From positions 1 to 41,522 of the forward strand of contig JBDTQB010000002.1 of assembly GCA_039932395.1 (NCBI GenBank): 41,522 nt of DNA. The letters run 5' to 3'. The position numbers and the translations under genes are program-made. Positions 8,804 through 17,820 of this stretch are shown piece by piece. The stretch is from Vicinamibacteria bacterium (GTDB lineage: Bacteria; Acidobacteriota; Vicinamibacteria; Fen-336; JAGNNV01). Within the stretch, counting starts at the first letter, position 1, and the number at the start of each line of letters is the position of its first letter. The notes beneath the pieces are model-generated. The model saw only the letters and a list, made by a program, of their open reading frames with translations, made no database searches and was not told the DNA's origin.

Positions 8804-8809
8804 AGTATA
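8804..8809 (-). promoter_or_regulatory. possible -10 element (TATACT) 8 nt upstream of the protease ATG; short-leader or leaderless transcript
   Basis: The minus strand reads cctTATACTcattcatcATGATG. No SD is present. The site lies in the 76-bp divergent intergenic region 8796..8871. Confidence 0.3.
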
Positions 8810-8871
8810 GGACGCCGCCCGAATGAGACTCGCCAATCCCCAGGCTTGGTCTCGCGTATCGTTCGCTCGTC

Positions 8872-9492
8872 ATGACGGCTCTGGCCCCCTCCCCGTTCGG
8901 CCTGACGCGCTCAGAAGCGCGACTCCTTGCCTCCCTCACTCCAGAATGGCGTATCCAGGAGTATCTCGACACCCGGCTGCTCTACGACACGAAAGGCGGC
9001 ACGTGCCGGTCTCCCCGTCGTGTGATCCGCGATGGGTTCTGCCAGTGCATGGACGGCGCCCTCTTCGCCGCCGCGGCTTTGCGAGTTCAAGGCCGGCCGC
9101 CTCTCATCCTGGACCTCGAAGCCGAGCAGGATGACGATCACGTGCTGGCCGTCTTCAAGACGAAGCATGGCTGGGGAGCCATCGGTCGATCGAACTACTC
9201 CGGCCTCCGCTATCGGGAACCCGTGTATCGAACCATCCGCGAACTCGTGATGTCGTACTTCGAGTCGTACTTCAATCTTCGCCGTCAGAAGACTCTGCGT
9301 GCTTACTCGAAGCCGGTCGACCTGAGTCGTTTCGACAAGATGGATTGGATGACCACCGAGGAAGACGTCTGGGACATCCCCAACCATCTCGTGGTGATTC
9401 CACATACCAAGCTCGCCACACCTGCGGCGATCCGCACCTATTCACGCGTCGACAAACGGCTCTTTGGCGCCGGCCTCGTCGGACGTCGCTAG
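8872..9492 (+). CDS. hypothetical protein with transglutaminase-like / papain-fold Cys-His signature
   Basis: The 206-aa ORF is clean. The motifs …FCQCMDGALFAAAALRVQGRPP… and …DDDHVLAVFKTKHGWGAIG… resemble the Cys and His/Asp segments of transglutaminase-like cysteine peptidases. The family assignment is tentative. Confidence 0.7.
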   Translation: MTALAPSPFGLTRSEARLLASLTPEWRIQEYLDTRLLYDTKGGTCRSPRRVIRDGFCQCMDGALFAAAALRVQGRPPLILDLEAEQDDDHVLAVFKTKHGWGAIGRSNYSGLRYREPVYRTIRELVMSYFESYFNLRRQKTLRAYSKPVDLSRFDKMDWMTTEEDVWDIPNHLVVIPHTKLATPAAIRTYSRVDKRLFGAGLVGRR

Positions 9493-9515
9493 GGTCGGCC
9501 CGGGTTCCAACCGCC

Positions 9516-11747
9516 ATGCTGTTCGAACGCTTCGCTCCGAAGATCTCCGCAACGGAGCGTCAGGCGTTGGATGCGGGAACGGTCTGGATGGAGCGGAGCC
9601 TTTTCGCGGGACGACTCAACTGGAACGACGTCGCGGCGGAGCTCTATCCGACGCTGAGCGAAGAAGAGCAGGCGTTTCTGGATGGCCCGTGCGAGGCGGT
9701 GTGCCGCGCGGTCAATCCATGGCTCTGCCAGGAGACGATGGACCTGCCCGTCACCGCGTGGCACATCCTGAAGAAGGAGCGCTTCTTCGGACTTACTCTG
9801 GCCAAGGAGCGCGGCGGACGCGGCTTCAGCGCCATCGGGCTCACCGCCATCGTGGGGAAACTCGCGTCGCATTCCATGCCGTTGTCGGTCGCGGTACTGA
9901 TTCCAAACTCCGTGGGTCCGGGCGAGCTGATCGAACGCTACGGGACGGACGCTCAGAAGAGCGAATTCCTGGAGCCTCTCGCTCGCGGAGACGAGATGCC
10001 GGCATTTGCTCTCACCGAGCCGGAAGCAGGCTCGGACGCGGGGGCGATCACGTCGCACGGTCGCGTCTTCCGCGATGACGATGATGAACTGAAAATCGAA
10101 CTGAACTGGCGGAAGCGCTACATCACGCTCGCGCCCATCGCGACCATCCTGGGCCTGGCCATCGTGCTGGACGACCCCCAGGATCTGCTCGGCGAAGGTC
10201 CACATCCAGGCATCACTTGCGTGCTCGTGCGGACATCCCTGCCGGGCGCCTTCGTCGGCCGGCGTCACGATGCCATGGGGATCGCGTTTCCGAATGGACC
10301 GACGGAAGGCGAGAACGTGATTGTGTCCGCCAGGGACATCATCGGTGGCCATGCCGGGGCCGGACGTGGCTGGGCGATGTTGATGGAAGCACTGTCCGCG
10401 GGGCGCGGCCTGTCCCTGCCCGCACAGTCGGCGGGCGGCATGAAACGGATCGCGCGCGTGGTCACGGCCTACGCCCGGATCCGGCGTCAGTTCGGGATGC
10501 CGATCGCGCGCTTCGAAGGGATCAAGGAAAAGCTCTCGTCGATCCTCATCAACGCCTACATCAGCGATGCGGCGCGGATCTTCGTGGCGGGCGCCGTGAT
10601 GCAGGGCCAGCGTCCCTCCGTGTTGTCAGCGGTGGCGAAGTACGAACAGACCGAGATGACACGCAAGAGCGTGATGCACGCCATGGATGTTCTGGGCGGT
10701 GCCGCGCTGTGTCGGGGTCCGCAGAATCCGCTGCTGATGGCGCTTGAAGGGTCCGCCATTCAAATCACCGTCGAAGGCGCCAACATCCTCACCCGGACGC
10801 TCATCATTTTCGGGCAGGGAGTTCTGCGCGGCCATCCCCATGCGCTGAACCACCTCAAGGCCCTGGAGACGGGGTTCATCATGGGTTCGGTCGCGGAAGC
10901 GATCCGCCATGCTCGCTTCACGGTTTGGACGCTGCTACGACTCGCACTGGGCGAGGTGTCCCGCGGTTTTCTGGTGACACCCTCCGCGTGGCGCGGACCT
11001 TTCGCGAGCGAAAAGCGGCGGCTGTCATGGGCGACTCTGAGGTTCGCCGTACTCGCCGACCTCACCTTGCTGGTCAATGGACCTGCGTTGAAACGCAGGG
11101 GCCACACCAACGGGCGTCTGGCCGACATTTTGTCGTCGGTCTTTCTGGGCATGTGCGCGGTTCGAAGAGCGATGCACGAAAAGAGAACGGGCAACGATCA
11201 CCTCGTGAAGGCGTCGGTCGAACTTTGTCTCGCTCGGGTGGATGAGGCGGTCGTCGGCGTGCTGCGCGAGTTCGAGTTCCCCCTCTTGAGGCTCTTCATG
11301 CGCGGTCCAGCACTCTGGTGGGCGCGCCTCAACCCGCTCACGCGCGGCGCGCGCGACCCCGACCTCGACGCCATCGTGGAACTGCATACCGAGCCGGGGG
11401 CGGCCCGCGACACATTGACCGCCGGCATTTCGTTGCACAATCCACACGACCCTTTGACTCGTCTCGACGCCGCGTTGCGCGCGATCGCCATCGCTGATCC
11501 AATGGAGAAGCGTATCCATGCCGCAAAGCGCGCGGGCCAGTTCGACGCCGACACTCTGGAAGAAGCACCCGACTCTGACGTCAGCGAAGCCTTCCGCACA
11601 TCCGTGATCACGAGCGATGAAGCGATCGCGGTGGCGACCGCGCGCCGCCTGGCGAAAGAAGCGATCGAAGTCGACGACTTCGAAACAGGCGCTTTGTTCC
11701 AGACCATGCAGGACGCCCAATGGCGCGCCAGTCAGGAACCGGAGTGA
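9516..11747 (+). CDS. large FadE-type acyl-CoA dehydrogenase (ACAD core plus long C-terminal helical domain)
   Basis: The 743-aa product starts at ATG 9516 (MLFERFAPKISATERQALDAGTVWMER…). ACAD motifs are present: …FALTEPEAGSDAGAI…, …GRGWAMLMEALSAGR…, …TVEGANILTRTLIIFGQG…. A ~250-aa C-terminal extension follows, as in enterobacterial FadE. Confidence 0.9.
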   Translation: MLFERFAPKISATERQALDAGTVWMERSLFAGRLNWNDVAAELYPTLSEEEQAFLDGPCEAVCRAVNPWLCQETMDLPVTAWHILKKERFFGLTLAKERGGRGFSAIGLTAIVGKLASHSMPLSVAVLIPNSVGPGELIERYGTDAQKSEFLEPLARGDEMPAFALTEPEAGSDAGAITSHGRVFRDDDDELKIELNWRKRYITLAPIATILGLAIVLDDPQDLLGEGPHPGITCVLVRTSLPGAFVGRRHDAMGIAFPNGPTEGENVIVSARDIIGGHAGAGRGWAMLMEALSAGRGLSLPAQSAGGMKRIARVVTAYARIRRQFGMPIARFEGIKEKLSSILINAYISDAARIFVAGAVMQGQRPSVLSAVAKYEQTEMTRKSVMHAMDVLGGAALCRGPQNPLLMALEGSAIQITVEGANILTRTLIIFGQGVLRGHPHALNHLKALETGFIMGSVAEAIRHARFTVWTLLRLALGEVSRGFLVTPSAWRGPFASEKRRLSWATLRFAVLADLTLLVNGPALKRRGHTNGRLADILSSVFLGMCAVRRAMHEKRTGNDHLVKASVELCLARVDEAVVGVLREFEFPLLRLFMRGPALWWARLNPLTRGARDPDLDAIVELHTEPGAARDTLTAGISLHNPHDPLTRLDAALRAIAIADPMEKRIHAAKRAGQFDADTLEEAPDSDVSEAFRTSVITSDEAIAVATARRLAKEAIEVDDFETGALFQTMQDAQWRASQEPE

Positions 11748-12973
11748 CCGCAGGCGTTCTCTACGGAGTCGCAGTGGCGATGCTCGCCATCCTCAACCTC
11801 GGTCTCTTAGCCCGGTTGCGCGCGTTCCGGACTCACCTCCCCACGTTGCGGGAATGGGATGGGCCATCACCTGGGCTCTGGCCGAAGGTGAGCGTCATCG
11901 TTCCCTGTCGCAACGAATCGGCGGCGATCGAGGGGGCCATGTCTTCCTTGCTTGGGATGGACTACCCCCATCTCGAGATCGTCGCGGTCGACGATCGTTC
12001 AGAAGACAACACCGGCGCCTTGCTCGACGCCCTGGCCAAGCGCGATTCGCGACTCACCGTCCTTCATCTCAGCGCCCTGCCCGAAGGCTGGCTCGGCAAG
12101 AACAACGCCATGCATCAAGGCGCCATGCGCTCGAGCGGCAGCTGGATTCTCTTCACCGATGGCGACGTCGTGTTCGAGCGTGACGCGCTCAAACGCTCGG
12201 TCGCTTTCGCCTCGGACCGCGGGCTCGGTCATTTCGTCGCGCTCCCTCAGTTCATCGCCGACGGCTTTCTCGAACGCGCCTTCGTTTCGACTTTCGCCAT
12301 AGCCCTCGCGATCAAGCTGAATCCGTCCCAGCTCGCTGTGCCGAAGTCCGGGGCGTACGTCGGCGTTGGCGCCTTTGGCCTGGTACGAAGGAGCGCGTAC
12401 GAGAAGATCGGCGGCCACACGCGTCTCGCCTACGAAGTCGCCGACGACTTGAAGCTCGGCCTGTTGCTGCGACGAAACGGCGTCGCTCAAGGGTGTCTCG
12501 ACTCCGATCGCATGGTCACCGTCCGCTGGCAGAACGGCCTGATCCCGACTCTGCGCGGTCTCGAGAAAAACGCCTTCGCCGGCTGCGAATGGAACACCGC
12601 GCTTGCCATCTTCGCAGTGGGGGGCGTCGTCTGCGCGGCCGTTTTCCCGTACCTCCCTCTCGTCGTCGCCTTGCCCCTCTGGACGTATCCCTTCGCTTTG
12701 GTCGCTGGGCTTCTTCCGGTTCTGATGGCGGCGGGCTCCGCAAGACGGATGTCCGGAGGCTCGGGCCTCGAAGGTCTCCTCGCTCCGGTTGGAGCGGTGG
12801 CTCTTGGAGGTGTGATCGCATGGTCCACGGCGCTCGCTCTGGTCAGACGAGGCATCATCTGGCGCGGGACGTTCTATCCCCTCTCGGAACTGCGACGTCG
12901 CTGCGTACGCGAATTCGGAATGAGCACGGAGAATGCCGTCGGGTGGACGCTCCCGGCTCGACCAAAGCGTTGA
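11744..12973 (+). CDS. membrane-embedded family-2 glycosyltransferase (HpnB / ceramide-glucosyltransferase-like architecture)
   Basis: An N-terminal TM segment is followed by VSVIVPCRNES…EIVAVDDRSEDNT, …GWLGKNNAM…, …LFTDGDVVF… and several C-terminal TM segments. GTG 11744 overlaps the acyl-CoA dehydrogenase stop (GTGA). ATG 11720 is an alternative start. Confidence 0.85.
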   Translation: MTAGVLYGVAVAMLAILNLGLLARLRAFRTHLPTLREWDGPSPGLWPKVSVIVPCRNESAAIEGAMSSLLGMDYPHLEIVAVDDRSEDNTGALLDALAKRDSRLTVLHLSALPEGWLGKNNAMHQGAMRSSGSWILFTDGDVVFERDALKRSVAFASDRGLGHFVALPQFIADGFLERAFVSTFAIALAIKLNPSQLAVPKSGAYVGVGAFGLVRRSAYEKIGGHTRLAYEVADDLKLGLLLRRNGVAQGCLDSDRMVTVRWQNGLIPTLRGLEKNAFAGCEWNTALAIFAVGGVVCAAVFPYLPLVVALPLWTYPFALVAGLLPVLMAAGSARRMSGGSGLEGLLAPVGAVALGGVIAWSTALALVRRGIIWRGTFYPLSELRRRCVREFGMSTENAVGWTLPARPKR

Positions 12974-12995
12974 CGGAGCGGTGTAAGTTGAAGCC

Positions 12996-13457
12996 ATGAC
13001 TCAAGCGCTTCAGGACATCTACGGCCCCGACGGCAAGTGCTTCGGCTGCGGCCCCACCAACGACAAGGGTCTTCGCATCAAGAGCTTCGTCGATGGCGAC
13101 ACCATCGTGGCGACCTTCCAGCCGGAGCCGCATCACGAGGCATGGGACGGCGTGGTCAACGGCGGCATCGTCGGCTGCCTCTTCGACTGCCACAGCAACT
13201 GGGCCGCCGCCCATCACCTCATGAAGAAAGCCGGGTCGGACGATCTCCCGCCCACGGTCACGGCTGACTTCCACGTCAAGCTGAAGCGCCCGACCCCTTC
13301 AAAGGGACCGTTGCTCATCAAGTCGAAAGTGGTCGAGTCGACCGACGATCGGGCCACCGTCGAATCCACCATCGAAGTCGACGGCGTCGTCACCTCAACC
13401 TGCCGAGGCACCTTCGTCGCAGTCAAGCCCGGCCATCCTGCCTATCACCGCTGGTAG
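12996..13457 (+). CDS. PaaI-family hotdog-fold thioesterase with N-terminal CxxC knuckle
   Basis: The product has …CFGCGPTNDKGLRIKSF…, …HEAWDGVVNGGIVGCLFDCH… and …TADFHVKLKRPTP…, the typical PaaI/YbgC-like pattern. Confidence 0.85.
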   Translation: MTQALQDIYGPDGKCFGCGPTNDKGLRIKSFVDGDTIVATFQPEPHHEAWDGVVNGGIVGCLFDCHSNWAAAHHLMKKAGSDDLPPTVTADFHVKLKRPTPSKGPLLIKSKVVESTDDRATVESTIEVDGVVTSTCRGTFVAVKPGHPAYHRW

Positions 13458-13475
13458 GCGTCGCGACGCAGTCTC

Positions 13476-13928
13476 CTAGTTATCCAGCAGGTTCTTCAAG
13501 GTCGTCATGAACTGCGAGGCGTCCTTGAAGTCGCGATAGACCGAGGCGAAACGGACGAACGCCACCTTGTCGACGTGGCGGAGGCGCTCCATCAGGTACT
13601 CGCCGATCTTTTCGGTGGGCACCTCGCGGTCAGGACTCTCCTGGACCATCTGCTCGACCTTCGAAGCCATCTCTTCGATGGTGTTGATCGAGACGTTGCG
13701 CTTCTCACACGCGCGCATCAGGCCGCCGATCACCTTGTTCCGGTCGAAGCGCTCACGACGCCCGTCCTTCTTGACCACAAGATGTGGAACCTGATCGATG
13801 CGCTCATACGAGGTAAACCGCTTGCCGCACTTCAGGCATTCACGACGTCGCCGGATGGCATCGCCTTCCTTGCTTTCGCGCGAGTCGACGACCTTGTCTT
13901 CAACACTCTCGCAGAAAGGGCAGCGCAT
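13476..13928 (-). CDS. nrdR: transcriptional repressor NrdR
   Basis: MRCPFCES…VVDSR…RRRRECLKCGKRFTSYERI is the zinc ribbon. The ATP-cone (…VVKKDGRRERFDRNKV…VAFVRFASVYRDF…) follows. Confidence 0.95.
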   Translation of the reverse strand: MRCPFCESVEDKVVDSRESKEGDAIRRRRECLKCGKRFTSYERIDQVPHLVVKKDGRRERFDRNKVIGGLMRACEKRNVSINTIEEMASKVEQMVQESPDREVPTEKIGEYLMERLRHVDKVAFVRFASVYRDFKDASQFMTTLKNLLDN

Positions 13929-14030
13929 GGTGGGCCAAGTCTACCGGAATCTGTGACTTCCACGTGTATGGTCCGTGAGACCCTTGCACCGGTTCAGCCG
14001 AAACGCCTTCCGATGGAAGAATCTGGGCTT

Positions 14031-14885
14031 ATGAAGACTGCGCTTGTCACGGCCATCGTCGCATCGACTCTCCTGAATCCGACCCCGGCACAGGCTCAGG
14101 CGAGTGCCAAGACGGCGAACGTTGCTGTCCGCCTTGTTCCCGAGGTCACCGCGATCCAGGCCGGAAAGCCCTTCACCGTGGCCGTCCATTTCACGATGGC
14201 GCCGACGTGGCACACCTACTGGAAGAACGCCGGTGACGCCGGAATGCCGACCAAGGTGGTGTGGACACTGCCCGATAGCTTCAAGACAGGCGAGCTTCAA
14301 TGGCCGACGCCCATCCGTTCGGTCGACGCCGGTCTCGCGCTCTACGGCTACGACAAGGAAGTCACTCTTCTCACCGAGATCACGCCCCTTCCGTCCCTGC
14401 CGTCCGGCAGCTTCACCATCGCGGCGGCGCTGAGCTGGCTGGAATGCAGCAACGTCTGCATCCCTGGAAAAGCCAAACTCAACCTGACGCTCCCGGCAAC
14501 CGATGCCAAGACGCCGCCCGCGATCGATCCCAAGGAGAAGGCTTTGTTCGCCGCCGCGCGCGCTTCCATGCCTCAGCCGATGCCGACTTTGAAGGCCACT
14601 CACACGGCCAGCGGCGATCATCTCGTGCTCAGCTTGAAAGGCGCGGTCGGCCTCGCGGCACCCCTCGAGTTCTTCCCGGAAACCGGCGGTCTCATCGAAC
14701 CCGCTGCGAACCAGACGGTCACCGGTTCTGGGTCCGTGTGGTCTGTCTCGATGAAGCGCCCCGCGAATGCTGAAGCGCCGCCCGAGTCGATCAAGGGCGT
14801 GCTCGTCTCAGGGTCAGGTGCTGGGAGGAAGGCTTACGGCGTCACATCATCGGGAGGCGCCCCGGCCGCCGGACCTCGCAAGTAG
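14031..14885 (+). CDS. periplasmic DsbD-N-terminal (DsbD-alpha/ScsB-N-like) domain protein
   Basis: A signal peptide MKTALVTAIVASTLLNPTPAQAQA is present. The hallmarks …FTMAPTWHTYWKNAGDAGMPTKVVW…LQWPTP… and …WLECSNVCIP… follow. ATG 14013 is an alternative start. The upstream part of track ORF 13575.. is antisense to nrdR. Confidence 0.8.
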   Translation: MKTALVTAIVASTLLNPTPAQAQASAKTANVAVRLVPEVTAIQAGKPFTVAVHFTMAPTWHTYWKNAGDAGMPTKVVWTLPDSFKTGELQWPTPIRSVDAGLALYGYDKEVTLLTEITPLPSLPSGSFTIAAALSWLECSNVCIPGKAKLNLTLPATDAKTPPAIDPKEKALFAAARASMPQPMPTLKATHTASGDHLVLSLKGAVGLAAPLEFFPETGGLIEPAANQTVTGSGSVWSVSMKRPANAEAPPESIKGVLVSGSGAGRKAYGVTSSGGAPAAGPRK

Positions 14886-15904
14886 TCCTCCGGTTCACGC
14901 TGCTTCGTAATCTGACGCATGCTGGAGAAGGACAAGCCTTCGCGCCCCAGAAAAGCAAGCCCCAAGATCAGGACAGGCAGATTCTGAAGGGCGTGCAGGA
15001 CCAGACCGGCCGCCACCGCCTGGCCGCGATCAATGCCGTAGATCGCGGTGAGCGCCAAGGTATACGACGCGTGGAACCCGCCCACCATGCCGGGTGTCGG
15101 AATCGCGACGCCCACCGTCAGAAACGCGATGATCAGGAAAACCGTGTGAAACGGTAGACCGAATCCGAAAGCCACTGAATTGAGATGGATGATCAGTGCT
15201 ATCGACAGCCATAAGGCCAGCGACTCGACGATCAGACGCGCCCATTGCGCGGGCGACGAGCCGAAAACATCAAGCCCAGAGATAAAAGACGCCACGAGGC
15301 CGCGGATCTTGACGCCCAGGCCGGAGGGCAGCAAGCCGAGAATCCAATCGAGGAGCCGGCGGGCCGGCCCTCCTTCGACGCGCAGCGCCGCCAGGAACGC
15401 CATGCCGGCCAGGGCGATGAGGAAGACAACACCCGCACCAACGCGAAGCGTTTGCATGGTCCCATCCGAGCGCTCCATCACCGGGCGAGGCAGCACGAAC
15501 ATATACATGGCCAGCAGGAACAAGACGGTGATCAGGTCGAGCAGGCGTTCGAGGATGATCGACGCAAGGCCAGCGCTCACCGTCACGCCATAGCGGCGGG
15601 AGGCGAGATACGGCCGCAGCACTTCACCGGCTCGAGGAATGAAGAGGCCGGCCATGAAACCGATATTCGTGATGCCAAACAGGTCGACGATCGACGCGTC
15701 GCGCAAGGACGGCAGGAGAAGACGCCAGCGCGAAGCACGGATGAAGTACGTCACCACCGTCATCGCGATGACGCAAACCAGGGGCAGGGGGCGCGCATGC
15801 TCCATCGCCGCGAGCAGAGCGGCGCGATCGACGCCGTTGGCCGCCAAGGCAAGCAGCGCCGCGGCGAGCGCCAGCCCGAAGGCGAGACGAAGCGCGCTCC
15901 TCAT
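14834..15904 (-). CDS. flippase-like polytopic membrane protein (LPG-synthase TM-domain / UPF0104 family)
   Basis: About 8 TM segments are present, with the N-terminal pattern …VTYFIRASRWRLLL…. The 3' end overlaps the convergent gene by 52 nt. Confidence 0.85.
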   Translation of the reverse strand: MRSALRLAFGLALAAALLALAANGVDRAALLAAMEHARPLPLVCVIAMTVVTYFIRASRWRLLLPSLRDASIVDLFGITNIGFMAGLFIPRAGEVLRPYLASRRYGVTVSAGLASIILERLLDLITVLFLLAMYMFVLPRPVMERSDGTMQTLRVGAGVVFLIALAGMAFLAALRVEGGPARRLLDWILGLLPSGLGVKIRGLVASFISGLDVFGSSPAQWARLIVESLALWLSIALIIHLNSVAFGFGLPFHTVFLIIAFLTVGVAIPTPGMVGGFHASYTLALTAIYGIDRGQAVAAGLVLHALQNLPVLILGLAFLGREGLSFSSMRQITKQREPEDYLRGPAAGAPPDDVTP

Positions 15905-15965
15905 CGAAGAGTTTCCGAAAGTCGGGGCAGAGGCATCGATTTAACTGGGTCGAAGGAAATGACGG

Positions 15966-15992
15966 GGAACAATCTCAGCCCGCAAACGCGTA
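15966..15992 (+). promoter_or_regulatory. possible ECF-sigma-type promoter (GGAAC-N16-CGCGTA)
   Basis: The sequence gGGAACaatctcagcccgcaaaCGCGTAtt lies about 25 nt upstream of the TTG start at 16015. It resembles the GGAAC…CGT pattern of ECF promoters. This is pattern recognition only. Confidence 0.25.
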
Positions 15993-16014
15993 TTCTCGCC
16001 CGAGACAGAGCCGT

Positions 16015-17097
16015 TTGACCAACTTCCCCACTGAGCCCTTGCCTCAGGGCCAAGCAAGCCTCGCGCAATCCGCGACCGGCGCGGCCCAAACCTCGCCCAT
16101 CGAGGTCCTGGCCTACACGTTTGCCATGGATCTGTCGGGCGAGCCCTATCAGGCGCTCAGCGAGGCCCGCGACCTTCTCAAAAAGGTCACCAAGAGCGGG
16201 CTCAAGGCCCCCTTCTCGATCACGCTGCTTCGTCGCCTGGCTCTGGGAGAGTGGACCACACTGGACCGTCCCCGGCCCACGCGTCTCGAGTCGGCCGACC
16301 CGAAAGAATCAGCTGTGCTGCTCTTCTTCATGACGCACTGGAGCGTGACCTACGAAGACCTGGCCGTGACCCTTCAAATGACCGAAGAGCGCGCCCAGCA
16401 CCTGGTGCATCGCGCCCGGATGGAGCAACTCGCAGCCAAGGGTCGCGTTCCCATTCCTAAGCCCGCGTGTCGCCGTCCCCGCGAACTTCTCTCCGACTTT
16501 CACGAAAACCGCCTCATTTCGAACCTCGTCATCGACGTTACCGATCATCTGAAAACGTGTCGTGAGTGCGCGTCTTTGGATGCCGCTTTCGTCGCGCAGC
16601 TTGAGGCGCCGCCTCACGCGCTCCTGGAGCCCCCCACTCAGCTCAAGGGGGGCGACCGGGCGCGGCCCCTCAAGGTCACCGCGGGCGGATCAAAAGCCAA
16701 GAGCCGCGCGGGAATGGCTTTGCTGGCCTTAGGAATCTTGATGGGCGCGGTTCAGTTGCATCCCGGTCTGAACAGCGCGGCCTCCGCCCAGCTCGAACGC
16801 CTGACCGCATTCGCGACCCGCTGGAAAGGCCGCGCGGAGCGCTTCATGGAGGATCTTCGCGTCATCAAGGCCCTAGCCGTTGGGACAGTGGAAGGCCGCA
16901 CCGAAGAGCTCGGCCAGACCCTCGACGACTACGTGAATTCGGACAACCCTGCCCCAAGTCCCTCACCCCAGAACAAACCCGCCTCCGATGCCGTATTGGA
17001 TGGCAGAGGCCCCAAGACCAAGCCCGGGAACCCCAATCCGCAGATTGTGGCAAGCCCAAGCCCGGTCCAAAGGTCTCCAAAGCCTCAAAAACCCTAG
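16015..17097 (+). CDS. membrane protein combining a sigma70-region-4-like HTH, a zf-HC2 anti-sigma motif, one TM segment and a Pro-rich exterior tail
   Basis: …AVLLFFMTHWSVTYEDLAVTLQMTEERAQHLVHRARMEQL… is region-4.2-like. …DHLKTCRECASLD… matches H-x3-C-x2-C. The TM segment is GMALLALGILMGAV. The C-terminus is …PAPSPSPQNKP…PSPVQRSPKPQKP. The start is TTG 16015 or ATG 16126. Confidence 0.75.
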   Translation: MTNFPTEPLPQGQASLAQSATGAAQTSPIEVLAYTFAMDLSGEPYQALSEARDLLKKVTKSGLKAPFSITLLRRLALGEWTTLDRPRPTRLESADPKESAVLLFFMTHWSVTYEDLAVTLQMTEERAQHLVHRARMEQLAAKGRVPIPKPACRRPRELLSDFHENRLISNLVIDVTDHLKTCRECASLDAAFVAQLEAPPHALLEPPTQLKGGDRARPLKVTAGGSKAKSRAGMALLALGILMGAVQLHPGLNSAASAQLERLTAFATRWKGRAERFMEDLRVIKALAVGTVEGRTEELGQTLDDYVNSDNPAPSPSPQNKPASDAVLDGRGPKTKPGNPNPQIVASPSPVQRSPKPQKP

Positions 17098-17110
17098 AAA
17101 GGTTGCCGCC

Positions 17111-17620
17111 ATGGAAGAGAACGTCGTCAGAACAGACAGCGGAGTCGACGCCCCACAGCCCCGGGTCGAGACCGTTTACCACGGCTCAGCTCACAAGCGC
17201 AGCCCTGCTCTCGCCGCCTTCCTGTCTTTCTTCCCAGGCTTCGGCCATCTTTACAACGGCGAGATCGGCAAGGCGCTCGCGTTCTTCTGCGCCTTCGCCA
17301 CCTGCATGTTCGTGATGATCGAAGCCAACGGCGGAGTCTTCTTCGGGCTCCTCCTCCCGTTCATCGTCTTCTACAACATGATCGACGCCTACCGTTCGGC
17401 CGAGCGCATCAACCTCCAGTCGTACTCGGGTGTGGCAACCGTCGATGAGCCGGCGTCCAACCGTCTGTGGGGCTGGTCGCTGGTCGCGATGGGCAGCGTG
17501 CTCCTCCTTCACAACATGGGATTGTTTCGCTTTGAATGGGTGGCTCGCATGTGGCCGCTGCTGATGATCGGGGCAGGCGTATTCCTTCTTCGAGGATCGC
17601 TCTTCGGGAGCCGTCAATGA
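17111..17620 (+). CDS. 4-TM membrane protein: N-terminal PGxGHxYxG two-helix module plus C-terminal LiaI/LiaF-like (DUF5668-type) hairpin
   Basis: ATG 17111 lies 13 nt after the upstream stop, preceded by AAAGG. The product contains …AAFLSFFPGFGHLYNGEIGKALAFF…FYNMIDAYRSA… and …WGWSLVAMGSVLLLHNMGLF…WPLLMIGAGVFLL…. Confidence 0.8.
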   Translation: MEENVVRTDSGVDAPQPRVETVYHGSAHKRSPALAAFLSFFPGFGHLYNGEIGKALAFFCAFATCMFVMIEANGGVFFGLLLPFIVFYNMIDAYRSAERINLQSYSGVATVDEPASNRLWGWSLVAMGSVLLLHNMGLFRFEWVARMWPLLMIGAGVFLLRGSLFGSRQ

Positions 17621-17820
17621 ATCGCGGCTTCGCCCCGGAGGCCTTCGGCTTCGGAGTCTTCCTGGCAACGGTCGGCGGGGTCTTCCTGCTCTCCAATCTG
17701 GGCATGGTGGAAGCCATCCCGCTGCTGAAGAAGATCTGGCCGATGTTCCTGGTGGTCTGGGGCGTGGCCGAAATCGCGGCGTCCAATGTCACATCAAGAC
17801 GGAACGGAGGCGACGAATGA
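17617..17820 (+). CDS. 67-aa two-TM LiaI/LiaF-like (DUF5668-type) membrane mini-protein
   Basis: The ATGA overlaps the upstream stop (17617-17620). The product is MNRGFAPEAFGFGVFLATVGGVFLLSNLGM…IWPMFLVVWGVAEI…. The ATGA overlaps the next gene at 17817-17820. Confidence 0.7.
   Translation: MNRGFAPEAFGFGVFLATVGGVFLLSNLGMVEAIPLLKKIWPMFLVVWGVAEIAASNVTSRRNGGDE

Noticed and set aside
13459-13468. A perfect 10-nt palindrome CGTCGCGACG between the convergent thioesterase and nrdR stops.
   Set aside because: It is too short, and has no loop, to form a terminator hairpin. It is likely chance in GC-rich DNA.
13575-14030. The N-terminal 152 codons of track ORF 13575..14885(+).
   Set aside because: This stretch is antisense to nrdR. 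The signal peptide of the DsbD-N-like protein begins at ATG 14031.
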